DNA from: Candidatus Eiseniibacteriota bacterium
Lineage (GTDB): Bacteria > Eisenbacteria > RBG-16-71-46
Direction: 5' to 3'
NCBI GenBank assembly: GCA_963725865.1
Contig: CAVSAC010000010.1
Location: 32,001-96,000, forward strand
Length of the DNA stretch: 64,000 nucleotides
The translations under genes were made by a program, and so were the position numbers. Positions 20,290 to 31,035 of this stretch are shown here, piece by piece. The stretch's first letter is position 1. Each line of letters starts with the position of its first letter. The notes beneath the pieces were generated by a model. It had not been told where the DNA came from, made no database searches, and was given only the letters and a program-made list of their open reading frames with translations.

Positions 20290-22941
20290 CTAAGCCCCGC
20301 TCCCCCACTCCCGCTTCCATTTCGCCAGCAGGTTGAGCGCTTCGAGCGGCGTCAGCGTCTCGACGTCGAGCGCCTTCAGCGCCTCGCCGGCCGGGTGCGG
20401 CGGCGGGGGCGCGGCGGCGAAGAGCCCGAGCTGCGATTCGTCACGCTTCGCGCGGCGGCTCTTGCCGTGGGACTCGAGCTGCTCGACGGTGCGCTCGCTC
20501 TCCAGCTCCTCGAGCACCTCGCGCGCGCGCTCGATCACCTCCATAGGCAGGCCGGCGAGGCGTGCGACGTGGATGCCGTACGAGCGGTCGGCGGCGCCCT
20601 CGGCGATACGGTGCAGGAACACCACGTCCTGCCCGCGCTCCTTCACGGTCACGTGCACGTTGACGAGCCGGGGCAGGCGCTCGGCGAGCTGCGTCAGCTC
20701 GTGGTAGTGGGTGGCGAAAATGGTGCGCGGGCGCGGGCCGGCGGGGTCGTGCAGGTGCTCGGTCACCGCCCACGCGAGGGCCAGGCCGTCGTAGGTCGCG
20801 GTGCCGCGCCCGATCTCGTCGAGCAGCACCAGCGAGCGCGGGCTCGCCGAGCGCAGGATGTCGGCGGTCTCCTGCATCTCGACCATGAACGTGCTCTGCC
20901 CGGCGCCCAGGCGGTCCGACGCGCCGACGCGCGTGAACAGGCGGTCCACGCGCCCGATCGTGGCGTGTGTGGCCGGCACCCACGAGCCGGCCTGCGCGAG
21001 CAGCACGATCAGCGCGGTCTGGCGCAGGTAGGTGCTCTTGCCGCCCATGTTGGGCCCGGTCAGCAGCAGGATCTGGCGTCGCGTGCCATCGAGCGTGACG
21101 GAGTTCGGCACGAACTCCCCGCGCGGGATCAGGCGCTCGACGACCGGATGGCGCGCGTCCTCGAGCACCAGGCGATCGCTGTCGTCGACTTCGGGCCGCG
21201 TCCACCCGAAGCGCGCCGCGGCCTCGGCCAGCGCGACCTCGCTGTCGAGCGTGCCCAGCGCGTCGGCGGCCGCCTGCAGCGAGCCGGCGAAGCCGGCCGC
21301 CCAGGTGCGCAGCGCCACGAACAGCTCGTGCTCGTGCGCCTGGAGCTTGTCCTCCGCGCCGAGCACCTCGCTCTCCTTGGCCTTCAGCTCGGGCGTGACG
21401 TAGCGCTCGGCGGTGGTGAGAGTCTGGCGGCGCTCGTAGTCGGCGGGCACCTTGTCGGTGTGGGCGCGCGTGACCTCGAGGTAGTAGCCGAACACGCGGT
21501 TGTATCCGACCTTGAGGCTCGGGATGCCGGTGCGCGCCCGCTCTCCGGCCTCGAGGTCGGCGATCCAGCGCTTGCCCGAGTGCGCCAGCTCGTGCAGGTG
21601 GTCGCGATGCGCGTCGTAGCCGGCGCGCACCAGTCCGCCCTCGTTCGAGGTCGGCGGCGGCTCGTCGACCAGCGCGGCGCTCAGGCGCTCGGCCAGCGCG
21701 GGATCCACCGCCAGTGCGGCGGCGCGTTCGGCCGGTAGCGCGTCGCCAAGTGCCGCAAGCGAGTCGCGCAGCGCGGGCAGCCGCACGAGTGCGTCGCGCA
21801 GCGCACCCAGGTCGCGCGGCGTGGCGCGCGCCGCGATCAATCTCGCGGCGAGCCGCTCCAGGTCCGGCAGCCCGCGCAGCGCCAGGCGAAACTGCCCGCG
21901 CGCCCCGACCGCCTCGAGCCAGGTGGCCACCGCGGCCTGGCGGCGCTCGAGCGGCGCGAGCGTGGCCAGCGGGCGCTCGAGCCACGCGCGCAGCCGGCGC
22001 GCGCCGGGCGCGGTCGTCGTCAGGTCCATGTGGTGCCACAGCGTGTGACTCGCCTCGCCGCCCGGCTGCGGCTCGAACAGCTCCAGGTGGCGAGCGGTCG
22101 CGGCGTCGTAGCGCAGCGTCTCGTCCTCGCCCCAGCGCTCGACCCGCGCACTGCGCAGGGCCTCGCCGCCCTGCATGCGGTCGAGGTAGTCGAGCGCTCC
22201 GGCGGCGGCCGCGCGGGCCGCTGGGCTCGCCTCGAGCAGCGCCAGCGCGTACGGCCAGCGCGCCCGCAACGGGCGCTCGTCGGTGAAGCGGTCGGCCCGC
22301 GCAGTGCTCAGCGCGCCGGCGGCGCCGCGGCGCGCGGCTTCGAGCCGTGCGGCGAGCGCGGGCGCCAGCTCGTCGGGCGCGGGCACCACCCACTCGGCCA
22401 CCCGCAGGCGAGACAGCAGCCCGGGCGCTTCGTCCCACGTGCACTCGGCCAGCTTCACCTCGGCGGTCGAGACGTCGGCCAGGCACACGCCGAGCATCTC
22501 GTCGGCGGGCCACAGCGCGGCCAGGAAGTTGTTCGCGGCCGGATCCAGGAAGCCGTCGCCGGTCACCGAGCCGGGGGTGAGCACCTCGGTGACGCCGCGC
22601 TGCACGATGCCCTTCGCCTGCGCAGGGTCCTCGAGCTGCTCGCAGATCGCCACCTTGTGCCCGAGCCGCAGCAGCCGCGCGACGTACGCGTCGCGCTGGT
22701 GCCACGGCACGCCGCACATCGGGATCGGGTCGGGATCCTGCTTGTTGCGCGAGGTGAGCGTGAGGCCGAGCAAGCCGGCGCCGCGCACCGCGTCGTCGAA
22801 GAACATCTCGTAGAAGTCGCCGAGCCGGAAGAACAGGAACGCGTCCGGGTGCTCGTCCTTGGCGGCCAGGTACTGGCGCATCAGGGGCGTCGCGGCCGCC
22901 GTGCGCGCCATCGCCGCCCGCACGCTGGACGGCGCGCTCAC
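20290..22941 (-). CDS. mutS: DNA mismatch repair protein MutS
   Basis: TPLMRQY, FRLGDFYEMF, TGPNMGGKSTYLRQ, STFMVEM, DEIGRGT, ATHYHEL, SYGIHVARLAG. GTG at 22941 overlaps the upstream stop. Confidence 0.97.
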   Translation of the reverse strand: MSAPSSVRAAMARTAAATPLMRQYLAAKDEHPDAFLFFRLGDFYEMFFDDAVRGAGLLGLTLTSRNKQDPDPIPMCGVPWHQRDAYVARLLRLGHKVAICEQLEDPAQAKGIVQRGVTEVLTPGSVTGDGFLDPAANNFLAALWPADEMLGVCLADVSTAEVKLAECTWDEAPGLLSRLRVAEWVVPAPDELAPALAARLEAARRGAAGALSTARADRFTDERPLRARWPYALALLEASPAARAAAAGALDYLDRMQGGEALRSARVERWGEDETLRYDAATARHLELFEPQPGGEASHTLWHHMDLTTTAPGARRLRAWLERPLATLAPLERRQAAVATWLEAVGARGQFRLALRGLPDLERLAARLIAARATPRDLGALRDALVRLPALRDSLAALGDALPAERAAALAVDPALAERLSAALVDEPPPTSNEGGLVRAGYDAHRDHLHELAHSGKRWIADLEAGERARTGIPSLKVGYNRVFGYYLEVTRAHTDKVPADYERRQTLTTAERYVTPELKAKESEVLGAEDKLQAHEHELFVALRTWAAGFAGSLQAAADALGTLDSEVALAEAAARFGWTRPEVDDSDRLVLEDARHPVVERLIPRGEFVPNSVTLDGTRRQILLLTGPNMGGKSTYLRQTALIVLLAQAGSWVPATHATIGRVDRLFTRVGASDRLGAGQSTFMVEMQETADILRSASPRSLVLLDEIGRGTATYDGLALAWAVTEHLHDPAGPRPRTIFATHYHELTQLAERLPRLVNVHVTVKERGQDVVFLHRIAEGAADRSYGIHVARLAGLPMEVIERAREVLEELESERTVEQLESHGKSRRAKRDESQLGLFAAAPPPPHPAGEALKALDVETLTPLEALNLLAKWKREWGSGA

Positions 22942-23813
22942 GGCTTCACCACCCGGTACGCGACGCCCAGCGCCTGCGCCGCCTTCTCGCCCGCCCGCTG
23001 CGCTTCGGTGAGGCTCGGGAAGTCCCCGATGCGCACGACGTGCATCGTGGCGGCATCTCCGCGCACCGCCACGACCCGGGCGCCGCCGAAGCCGGCCCGC
23101 CGCGCGGCGTCGGCCAGCGCGCGCGCGCGGTCGGGATCGGCGAACGCGCCAACCTGCACGCTCACGGTGCCCCCCTCGGCCGACGCCACGGGTACCACCG
23201 CCGACTCGCGGGCGCGGGCACGCGCGGCTTCGAAGCTCGCGGGCCAGTCCCGCATCAGGCGCTCGCTCGCGCGGCTCGCCTGGTCGGCGTGGTGCAGCTG
23301 GGTGGCGAGCGCCTCGAGATGGGCGAGCGCGGCGGGTCCCGCCTCGCCCGGGCGGTCGTTCACCAGGCGCTCCAGCTCGTCGAGCGCGCGGTCGGGCCGG
23401 GCCGCCAGCTCCCACGCGAGCGCCACGCCGAGCCGCGCGAGCCCACGCCGCGCGGGATCGGAACGCGCCACCTCCTCGAGCGCCGCGCGTGCCTGGGTCG
23501 CATCGGCCGCACCCAGCCACGAGAGACCCGCCCAGTAGCGCGCCTCGCCCTTGCGCGCAGGCTCCCAGCGCGCGGCGGCGCGGCCGAACGCGTCGGCGGC
23601 CTGGTGGTACTCGCCGCGGGCGTAGTGGAGCTGGCCGAGCGCGAACGCGGCCTCGCCGGCCGCGCCGGCAGTGGCGCTGCGCGCCTCGAGCCTTCGCAGC
23701 GGCACCACGAGGCTGTCCGGCGGCGTGTGCGCGAGCACGTCGGCGAGCGTCTGGGCGCGAGCGGACGGGGCCAGCGCGAGCACGGCCAGGAGCACGAGAT
23801 GGGTGCGGGACAT
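22938..23813 (-). CDS. Exported TPR-repeat plus SPOR-domain protein
   Basis: Signal peptide; TPR-like AAFALGQLHYARGEY..A...F and ARYWAG; C-terminal VQVGAF...HVVRIG SPOR motif. Confidence 0.82.
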   Translation of the reverse strand: MSRTHLVLLAVLALAPSARAQTLADVLAHTPPDSLVVPLRRLEARSATAGAAGEAAFALGQLHYARGEYHQAADAFGRAAARWEPARKGEARYWAGLSWLGAADATQARAALEEVARSDPARRGLARLGVALAWELAARPDRALDELERLVNDRPGEAGPAALAHLEALATQLHHADQASRASERLMRDWPASFEAARARARESAVVPVASAEGGTVSVQVGAFADPDRARALADAARRAGFGGARVVAVRGDAATMHVVRIGDFPSLTEAQRAGEKAAQALGVAYRVVKP

Positions 23814-23822
23814 GGAGCGCGG

Positions 23823-23851
23823 AGAATACGGCGGCGGGCCGTGAATGCCAA
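23823..23851 (-). promoter_or_regulatory. Sigma70-type promoter for the SPOR-mutS unit (leaderless)
   Basis: TTGGCA-N17-TATTCT; ATG 9 nt downstream. Confidence 0.6.
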
Positions 23852-23876
23852 CGGGCGGCCGCCGGGCCGCCCGTCG
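23850..23876 (-). terminator. Terminator-like hairpin
   Basis: ACGGGCGG/CCGCCCGT stem downstream of the 23900 gene. Confidence 0.45.
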
Positions 23877-23899
23877 ATCAACCGGCCCTCGCGGGGTGC

Positions 23900-25666
23900 T
23901 CAGCGCAGCGTGACGAAGCGCCGCTCGAGCGTCTCGCCGCCCGCCCGCACCCGCACGAAGCGCATCCCGGCGGGAACCACCGCCCCCGCGAGGTCGCGAC
24001 CGTCCCAGCTCAGGGTGTGGCGCCCGGCCGGCAGCGCCCCGTCGATCAGCGTTTGCAGGCGCCGGCCCGCCAGGTCGAACACCTCGGCGGTCACGCGCGA
24101 GGAGGCGGGCAGGTCGAGCGCGAAGCGGACTGCCCCGCGGGCGGGATTCGGCGTCGGCGTGCCGAGGCGCGTCGCCAGCACCGGGACCCCTTCCACCGCC
24201 GCGAGACCGCTGGCGCCCGATCCGGTGACGTACTGAGCGAACACCTGCGTACCGCTGCCGCTGCGGCCGTCCATCCAGGCCACCGTCGCACCGGGATAGT
24301 CCGAGGCGATCACCGGCTCGGCCTGGGATCCGGGTGCCGCGCACAGCACCGCGCCGCTCGCGGGCCAGCTCGGATGGAAGGTGCCGTCCGCGCGCAGGCG
24401 CTGCGCGAGTACTCCGCCGTCGCCACCATCCGGCCCGGTCCACGTCACGATCGCGCCGCCGTCGTACTGCGGCGCCAGCGCGCCGCCGCCCAGCATGGAC
24501 GGGTAGCCGGTGACCAGCACGCCGCCGGTGCCCCAGCCGGGCGCCGGAACGCCGAGGCCGTCGAGGCGCTGCACCATGAGCGCGATGGAGGGCGTGTTGG
24601 TGACGCTGCGCGCGACCACGTCGAGCCACGAGACCAGGATGCCTCCGGCGTCGTCGGACACCACGTCGGCGAGCGACAGTTCACGCACGACCGGCGTCAC
24701 CGCGACGCCCGAATCGGTCCAGCCCGGCGCGAACGCTCCGGCGGGCGTGACGCGCGTGGCGCGGAGCCGGCGTTCCACGCCGATCCCTTCGGTCCAGACC
24801 ACGAACCCGCCCGCCAGCAGGCGGAAGTCGCCGGTCGCGTGATCAGTCGCGATGCGCAGGCCGTTCACCGGCCAGCCCGCCGCGTGCGCGCCCGCGCTGT
24901 CGATGCTCTGCACGTACAGGCCGGCCGGTGCCGGGAAGGCGCGCTCATCCCTCCATGCGAGCAGCGCACCGCGAGTCTCGAAGCCCGCGGCGATCCGCGG
25001 CGGTCCCTGGTTGAATGGCGCGTCGCACACTGCCACTCCGGTCGAGTCCCACATGCGGTGCCCATCGGCGGCGAGCCGCTGCACGTAAATGTCGTCCGTG
25101 CCGCTGCGGCTGTCCCGCCAGGCCACGAGCAGCTCGCGCGGAAAGGACATCGTCGCGTCCGGGCTGCCGACGATCGCCGGATCCGCCTGACTGCCGGGCA
25201 TCCGGCACACCGGCACACCGTCCTCCGCCCAGGATCGGTACACGAGGTTTGCGAAGATGTCGTCGCCCAGGGCGCCGCGCCCGTCCTGCCAGGCGACCGC
25301 GATGTCCGAACATCCCCCTTGGAGACCACAGGGATCGATGTCCAACACGGTCATGGCGGCGCGGGTCTGGTCGGCGAGGGCCGTGCAGACGGGACGCTCC
25401 CACGAAGGATCGACGCCCTGCGAGCCGAACACGCTCGCGTACAGATCGATCCCCTGCGAGCCGATGGCGCGATGGTCCTCCCAGAGGACGACGAGGGCGG
25501 AGCCGTAGAAGTTGATGTAGTTGACCCCCATCCGCAGCCCCGACAGCTGGCGCGGGTCCGCGGGAGCGGCCGATACGGGACTGCCGTCGGGGAGCCACGC
25601 GAGCGCGGGAGCCGGGGACGACAGGAGGATCGCGAGGAGCACGAGGATCAGCGGGGATCGGCGCAT
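23900..25666 (-). CDS. Secreted repeat protein with C-terminal FlgD-Ig/T9SS-like sorting domain
   Basis: Signal peptide; repeats of W.D.R....DIY.QRL...G...W...G..VC; C-terminal PNPARG...VFDLAGRRLQTL...G.H.LSWDGRD. Confidence 0.8.
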   Translation of the reverse strand: MRRSPLILVLLAILLSSPAPALAWLPDGSPVSAAPADPRQLSGLRMGVNYINFYGSALVVLWEDHRAIGSQGIDLYASVFGSQGVDPSWERPVCTALADQTRAAMTVLDIDPCGLQGGCSDIAVAWQDGRGALGDDIFANLVYRSWAEDGVPVCRMPGSQADPAIVGSPDATMSFPRELLVAWRDSRSGTDDIYVQRLAADGHRMWDSTGVAVCDAPFNQGPPRIAAGFETRGALLAWRDERAFPAPAGLYVQSIDSAGAHAAGWPVNGLRIATDHATGDFRLLAGGFVVWTEGIGVERRLRATRVTPAGAFAPGWTDSGVAVTPVVRELSLADVVSDDAGGILVSWLDVVARSVTNTPSIALMVQRLDGLGVPAPGWGTGGVLVTGYPSMLGGGALAPQYDGGAIVTWTGPDGGDGGVLAQRLRADGTFHPSWPASGAVLCAAPGSQAEPVIASDYPGATVAWMDGRSGSGTQVFAQYVTGSGASGLAAVEGVPVLATRLGTPTPNPARGAVRFALDLPASSRVTAEVFDLAGRRLQTLIDGALPAGRHTLSWDGRDLAGAVVPAGMRFVRVRAGGETLERRFVTLR

Positions 25667-25808
25667 GCGGGCATCCCTCCGGCTGGGGCGGCGGTCGCGG
25701 CGAGCGGGGTGCCCCCATGCTAGGCGCACGCCACGCGGGAGACCATGCGGGATTCTACCGAGCACCGCGGTGCGGCGAGCCCGGCGCGCACCGGCCGATT
25801 GGAACGCG

Positions 25809-25839
25809 AACGGGCGGCCCCTCGCGGGACCGCCCGTCG
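25809..25839 (-). terminator. rpsA terminator-like hairpin
   Basis: ACGGGCGG/CCGCCCGT stem followed by TTCGCGTT on the minus strand. Confidence 0.5.
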
Positions 25840-25862
25840 CGTGATGGTTCGCGGTGGCGCCG

Positions 25863-27668
<1,806 letters not shown>

Positions 27669-27709
27669 GATGGTGAAGCCTCCTCTGCAACTATGGATAT
27701 GGGAGCGGT

Positions 27710-28357
27710 TCAGGCCGCCCCGCGTGAAGCCGAGCTCATCTGAGCGGTCCGCAGCGCTCCAATCTCGCGCATCAGGCCCTCGCCCACCTTCTGGTAGAGC
27801 GCGCGCCCCGGCACGGGATCGACGTCCGGACCCGCCAGTTCCTGCCAGCGCCACGGCGCGCCGAACGACACACGCACCATCGCGCCGCGATACAGCCACT
27901 TCGACGGGCGCTGACTCCCCGAGACGAAGACCGGCAGGATGGGAACATCGGCATTCACCGCCAGCATCCCCACTCCCGGGCGCGCGGGGTGCAGCTCGCC
28001 GTCGCGCATCCGGCTCCCTTCCGGGAACATCAGCAGGGCCCGCCCCTGCCTCAAGACCTCGATCGCTCGCGCCATTCCCGACAGATCGGCGACGCCGCGC
28101 CGGATCGGGATGGAGTTGTAGGCCCGGATCAGCGCTCCGAAGAGCGGCGGCCGGAACAGCTCCTCTTTCGCGAGGAAGTGCATCTCTCGTGGCAGCGCCG
28201 CTCCGACCAGCGGTGGATCCCAGAACGAGACGTGGTTGGAGGCCACGATCAAGCCACCCGTGCGCGGCACTCGCTCGCGACCGGTGACCTTCCATCCCGT
28301 GAGCACACCCAAGAAGGCGCTGATGACAAACCGGGACGCACTATAGTGCAGGCTCAC
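27710..28357 (-). CDS. plsC: 1-acyl-sn-glycerol-3-phosphate acyltransferase
   Basis: NHVSFWD, FLAKEEL and FPEGSR motifs. Confidence 0.88.
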   Translation of the reverse strand: MSLHYSASRFVISAFLGVLTGWKVTGRERVPRTGGLIVASNHVSFWDPPLVGAALPREMHFLAKEELFRPPLFGALIRAYNSIPIRRGVADLSGMARAIEVLRQGRALLMFPEGSRMRDGELHPARPGVGMLAVNADVPILPVFVSGSQRPSKWLYRGAMVRVSFGAPWRWQELAGPDVDPVPGRALYQKVGEGLMREIGALRTAQMSSASRGAA

Positions 28358-29118
28358 GGAATCTCCAAGGGCCCGGCCGGGCCACTGGGACCGCCCGCAC
28401 CGGGCGGCGTCCGGAGTTTGCCGGGCCCCTCCCGGGGGTCCCGGGCGACCCAGGCGGGATGGCGCCGGACCACCTCCAACACCGCCTCCACCTGCGTCGC
28501 GATGTCCATGCCGGTGGTGTCGATGACTTCAGCGCCGGCGGCCGGACGCAGCGGGCTGTCGGCCCGCCCGCGGTCCCGGCTATCGCGCCGGTCCAGCTCC
28601 TCGCGCACCTGCTCGACGGTGGCGGCGATGCCGCGCGTGAGCAGCTCGCGGTGCCGCCGCCGCGCGCGCTCCTCGAGCGTGGCGTCGAGGTAGATCTTCA
28701 CTTCGGCGTCCGGGAACACCACGGTGCCGAGGTCGCGCCCCTCGCCCACCAGCGGGCCGCGCTCGCGCAGCGCGCGCTGGACCGCCACCAGGCGCCGGCG
28801 CACCGCGGAGCGCGCGGCGAGGCGCGACGACAGCTCGCTCACCACCGGCGTGCGGATGCGCGCGGCGACGTCCTCGCCGTCGAGCCACACGTGCGCGGCG
28901 TCCGGCGTGCCGGCGAGGTCCAGCCGGGTGGACTCCAGCATGGCCTCGAGCGCCGCGGCGTCGTCAGGGCGCACGCCCTGATCGAGCGCCTTGAGCGCGA
29001 TCGCGCGGTAGAGGGCGCCGGTATCGACGTAGAGCAGGCCCAGCCGCGAGGCGACCGCGCGCGCCGTGGTGCTCTTGCCCGCTCCCGCGGGCCCGTCGAT
29101 CGCCACCACGAAGCTCAT
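28354..29118 (-). CDS. cmk: Cytidylate kinase
   Basis: AIDGPAGAGKST, DTGALYR, EGRDLGTVVFPDA, RDSRD. Confidence 0.97.
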   Translation of the reverse strand: MSFVVAIDGPAGAGKSTTARAVASRLGLLYVDTGALYRAIALKALDQGVRPDDAAALEAMLESTRLDLAGTPDAAHVWLDGEDVAARIRTPVVSELSSRLAARSAVRRRLVAVQRALRERGPLVGEGRDLGTVVFPDAEVKIYLDATLEERARRRHRELLTRGIAATVEQVREELDRRDSRDRGRADSPLRPAAGAEVIDTTGMDIATQVEAVLEVVRRHPAWVARDPREGPGKLRTPPGAGGPSGPAGPLEIP

Positions 29119-30455
29119 CGCGCTCCCCCCGCGACCGGCGCCTCGACCCGCCCGCCCAGCGCGCGCAGCGTGTCCACGAATCCCGGGTACGAGGTGGCGA
29201 TCGAGCGGGAGTCGTCGAGCGCCACGGGCCCGCCCGCGCGGCAGCCGAGCACCGCGAACGCCATCGCGATGCGATGGTCGCCGCAGGTCTCGATCGCGCC
29301 GCCGTCGACCGCGCCGCCGCGGATCGCGAGGCCGTCGGGCGACTCTTCGCAGCCGACCCCGAGGCGCGCAAGGTTGCGCGCCAGCACCGCCAGCCGATCG
29401 CTCTCCTTGACGCGCAGCTCGGCCGCTCCGCTCAGCCGCGACACGCCGCGCGCCGCGGTCGCGACCACCACCCAGGCGGGCACCTCGTCGAGCAGCCGCG
29501 GCACCCAGCCCGCCGGGACGTCGAACGGCCGCAGCGCGGCGGGGCCCGCGACCGTCACGTCGCCCACGGGCTCGCCCGCCTCGATGCGCTCGTCGGCGAT
29601 CGTGACCGCGACACCCATCTCGCGCAGCACGTCGAGCAGGCCGGTGCGCGATGGATTGAGGCTGACGCGCCGCGCGGTGACCCGCGCGCCCGGAGTCGCG
29701 GCCGCGGCGGCCAGGAAGAACGCCGCGGCCGAGAAATCGCCCGGCACGCGCACCGTGCAGGCGCGCAGACGCGCGGGGCCGTTCAGCGCGACCCGGCGGC
29801 CGCCCCCCGCGACTGGCTCCACCGTCAGCTCCACGCCGAACGCCGGCAGCATGCGTTCGGTGTGGTCGCGCGCCGGACCCGGCAGCGTCACCTGCGTGCG
29901 GCCGGCGGCGCCGAGCCCGGCCAGCAGCACCGCGGTCGCGATCTGGGCACTCGCCACCGGCACGTCGTAGTCGATGCCGCGCAGTCCGCCGCCGCGCACG
30001 GTGAGCGGCGGCGTGCGGTCGCCGTTCGCGGCCTCGCAGATCGCACCCATGCGGCGCAGCGGTTCGATGACGCGCGCGACCGGGCGCCGGTTGAGCGAGG
30101 CGTCGCCCGCGAGCGTCACCGTCACCGGGCGCGCGGCAACCAGCCCCGCGAGCAGGCGCAGCGTGGTCCCCGAGTTGCCGCAGTCGAGCTCGAAGCGTTC
30201 GCCCGCGAAGCGCTCCGGACAGCCCGTGACGAGGTGCACGCCGCCCTCCCGCCGGTGCGTTGCGCCGAGCGCCGCGGCGCAGCGCGCGCTACCGGCGCAG
30301 TCCTCGCCCGGGTTCGCGTCCTCGATCCGCGTCACCCCGTCGGCCAGCAGCCCGAACAGGATCGCGCGGTGGGTGACCGACTTGTCCCCCGGCGGCGCGA
30401 AGCTCCCCGCCAGTGGCGGTCCGGGGGTGACGGTGAACGGGCGCGAGGGCGTCAT
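29115..30455 (-). CDS. aroA: 3-phosphoshikimate 1-carboxyvinyltransferase
   Basis: PGDKSVTHRA, DCGNSGTT.RL, ASAQ, RDHTERML, LRVKESDR, DHRIAM. Confidence 0.96.
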   Translation of the reverse strand: MTPSRPFTVTPGPPLAGSFAPPGDKSVTHRAILFGLLADGVTRIEDANPGEDCAGSARCAAALGATHRREGGVHLVTGCPERFAGERFELDCGNSGTTLRLLAGLVAARPVTVTLAGDASLNRRPVARVIEPLRRMGAICEAANGDRTPPLTVRGGGLRGIDYDVPVASAQIATAVLLAGLGAAGRTQVTLPGPARDHTERMLPAFGVELTVEPVAGGGRRVALNGPARLRACTVRVPGDFSAAAFFLAAAAATPGARVTARRVSLNPSRTGLLDVLREMGVAVTIADERIEAGEPVGDVTVAGPAALRPFDVPAGWVPRLLDEVPAWVVVATAARGVSRLSGAAELRVKESDRLAVLARNLARLGVGCEESPDGLAIRGGAVDGGAIETCGDHRIAMAFAVLGCRAGGPVALDDSRSIATSYPGFVDTLRALGGRVEAPVAGGAR

Positions 30456-30531
30456 GGCTGCGAGCGGGAGTCACCCGCGCATCCCGGCGCGGAGACCGCC
30501 CCGGGGCGCGCGGGCGTGCGCGGCGACGGGA

Positions 30532-31035
30532 TCAGTGGACGGTACGACGCCGCGCGGTGGACTTGGCGGCGCGCGCCGCGGTGGTCGGGGCGCGCTTGCG
30601 CGCCGCCCGGCGGGGTGCGGCGACCGCGCCGGCGGCGGCTCGCAGCGACTGGAGGTTGCGCCACGCGACGAAATCCGCGAGCCGGCGACGGAGCTTGTCG
30701 TCGAGTGCGTGGAACATGCACGCGAGATCGTAGTGCCGGTCGGGCTTGCGCGGGCTCGCCGGCTCGCACCGCACGACGATGCCCTCGATCTTGATCAGCT
30801 CCTTCGTGGCTCGCGTTCCGGGCTGCTTGGGCAGCACGATCGTGAGCGCGACCTTCGAGGCCGGCGCGAAGTACTCGGTGCACTGGCAGTAGATCCCGCT
30901 GGCCGAGATGTTCTGGCTCTCCGTGACGATCTGGGAGCCCGCACTCTGCGAATCGTCGACCCGCATGCTCAGTCGGGCGTCGGCACGCGGCGTCCGGCGG
31001 CGTTCGCTGCGACGCGTGGTCCTCTTCTGGGCCAT
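30532..31035 (-). CDS. PilZ-domain protein
   Basis: ATG 31035; RRTPR (RxxxR) and NISASG (D/NxSxxG) c-di-GMP-binding motifs; GIVVR. Confidence 0.8.
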   Translation of the reverse strand: MAQKRTTRRSERRRTPRADARLSMRVDDSQSAGSQIVTESQNISASGIYCQCTEYFAPASKVALTIVLPKQPGTRATKELIKIEGIVVRCEPASPRKPDRHYDLACMFHALDDKLRRRLADFVAWRNLQSLRAAAGAVAAPRRAARKRAPTTAARAAKSTARRRTVH

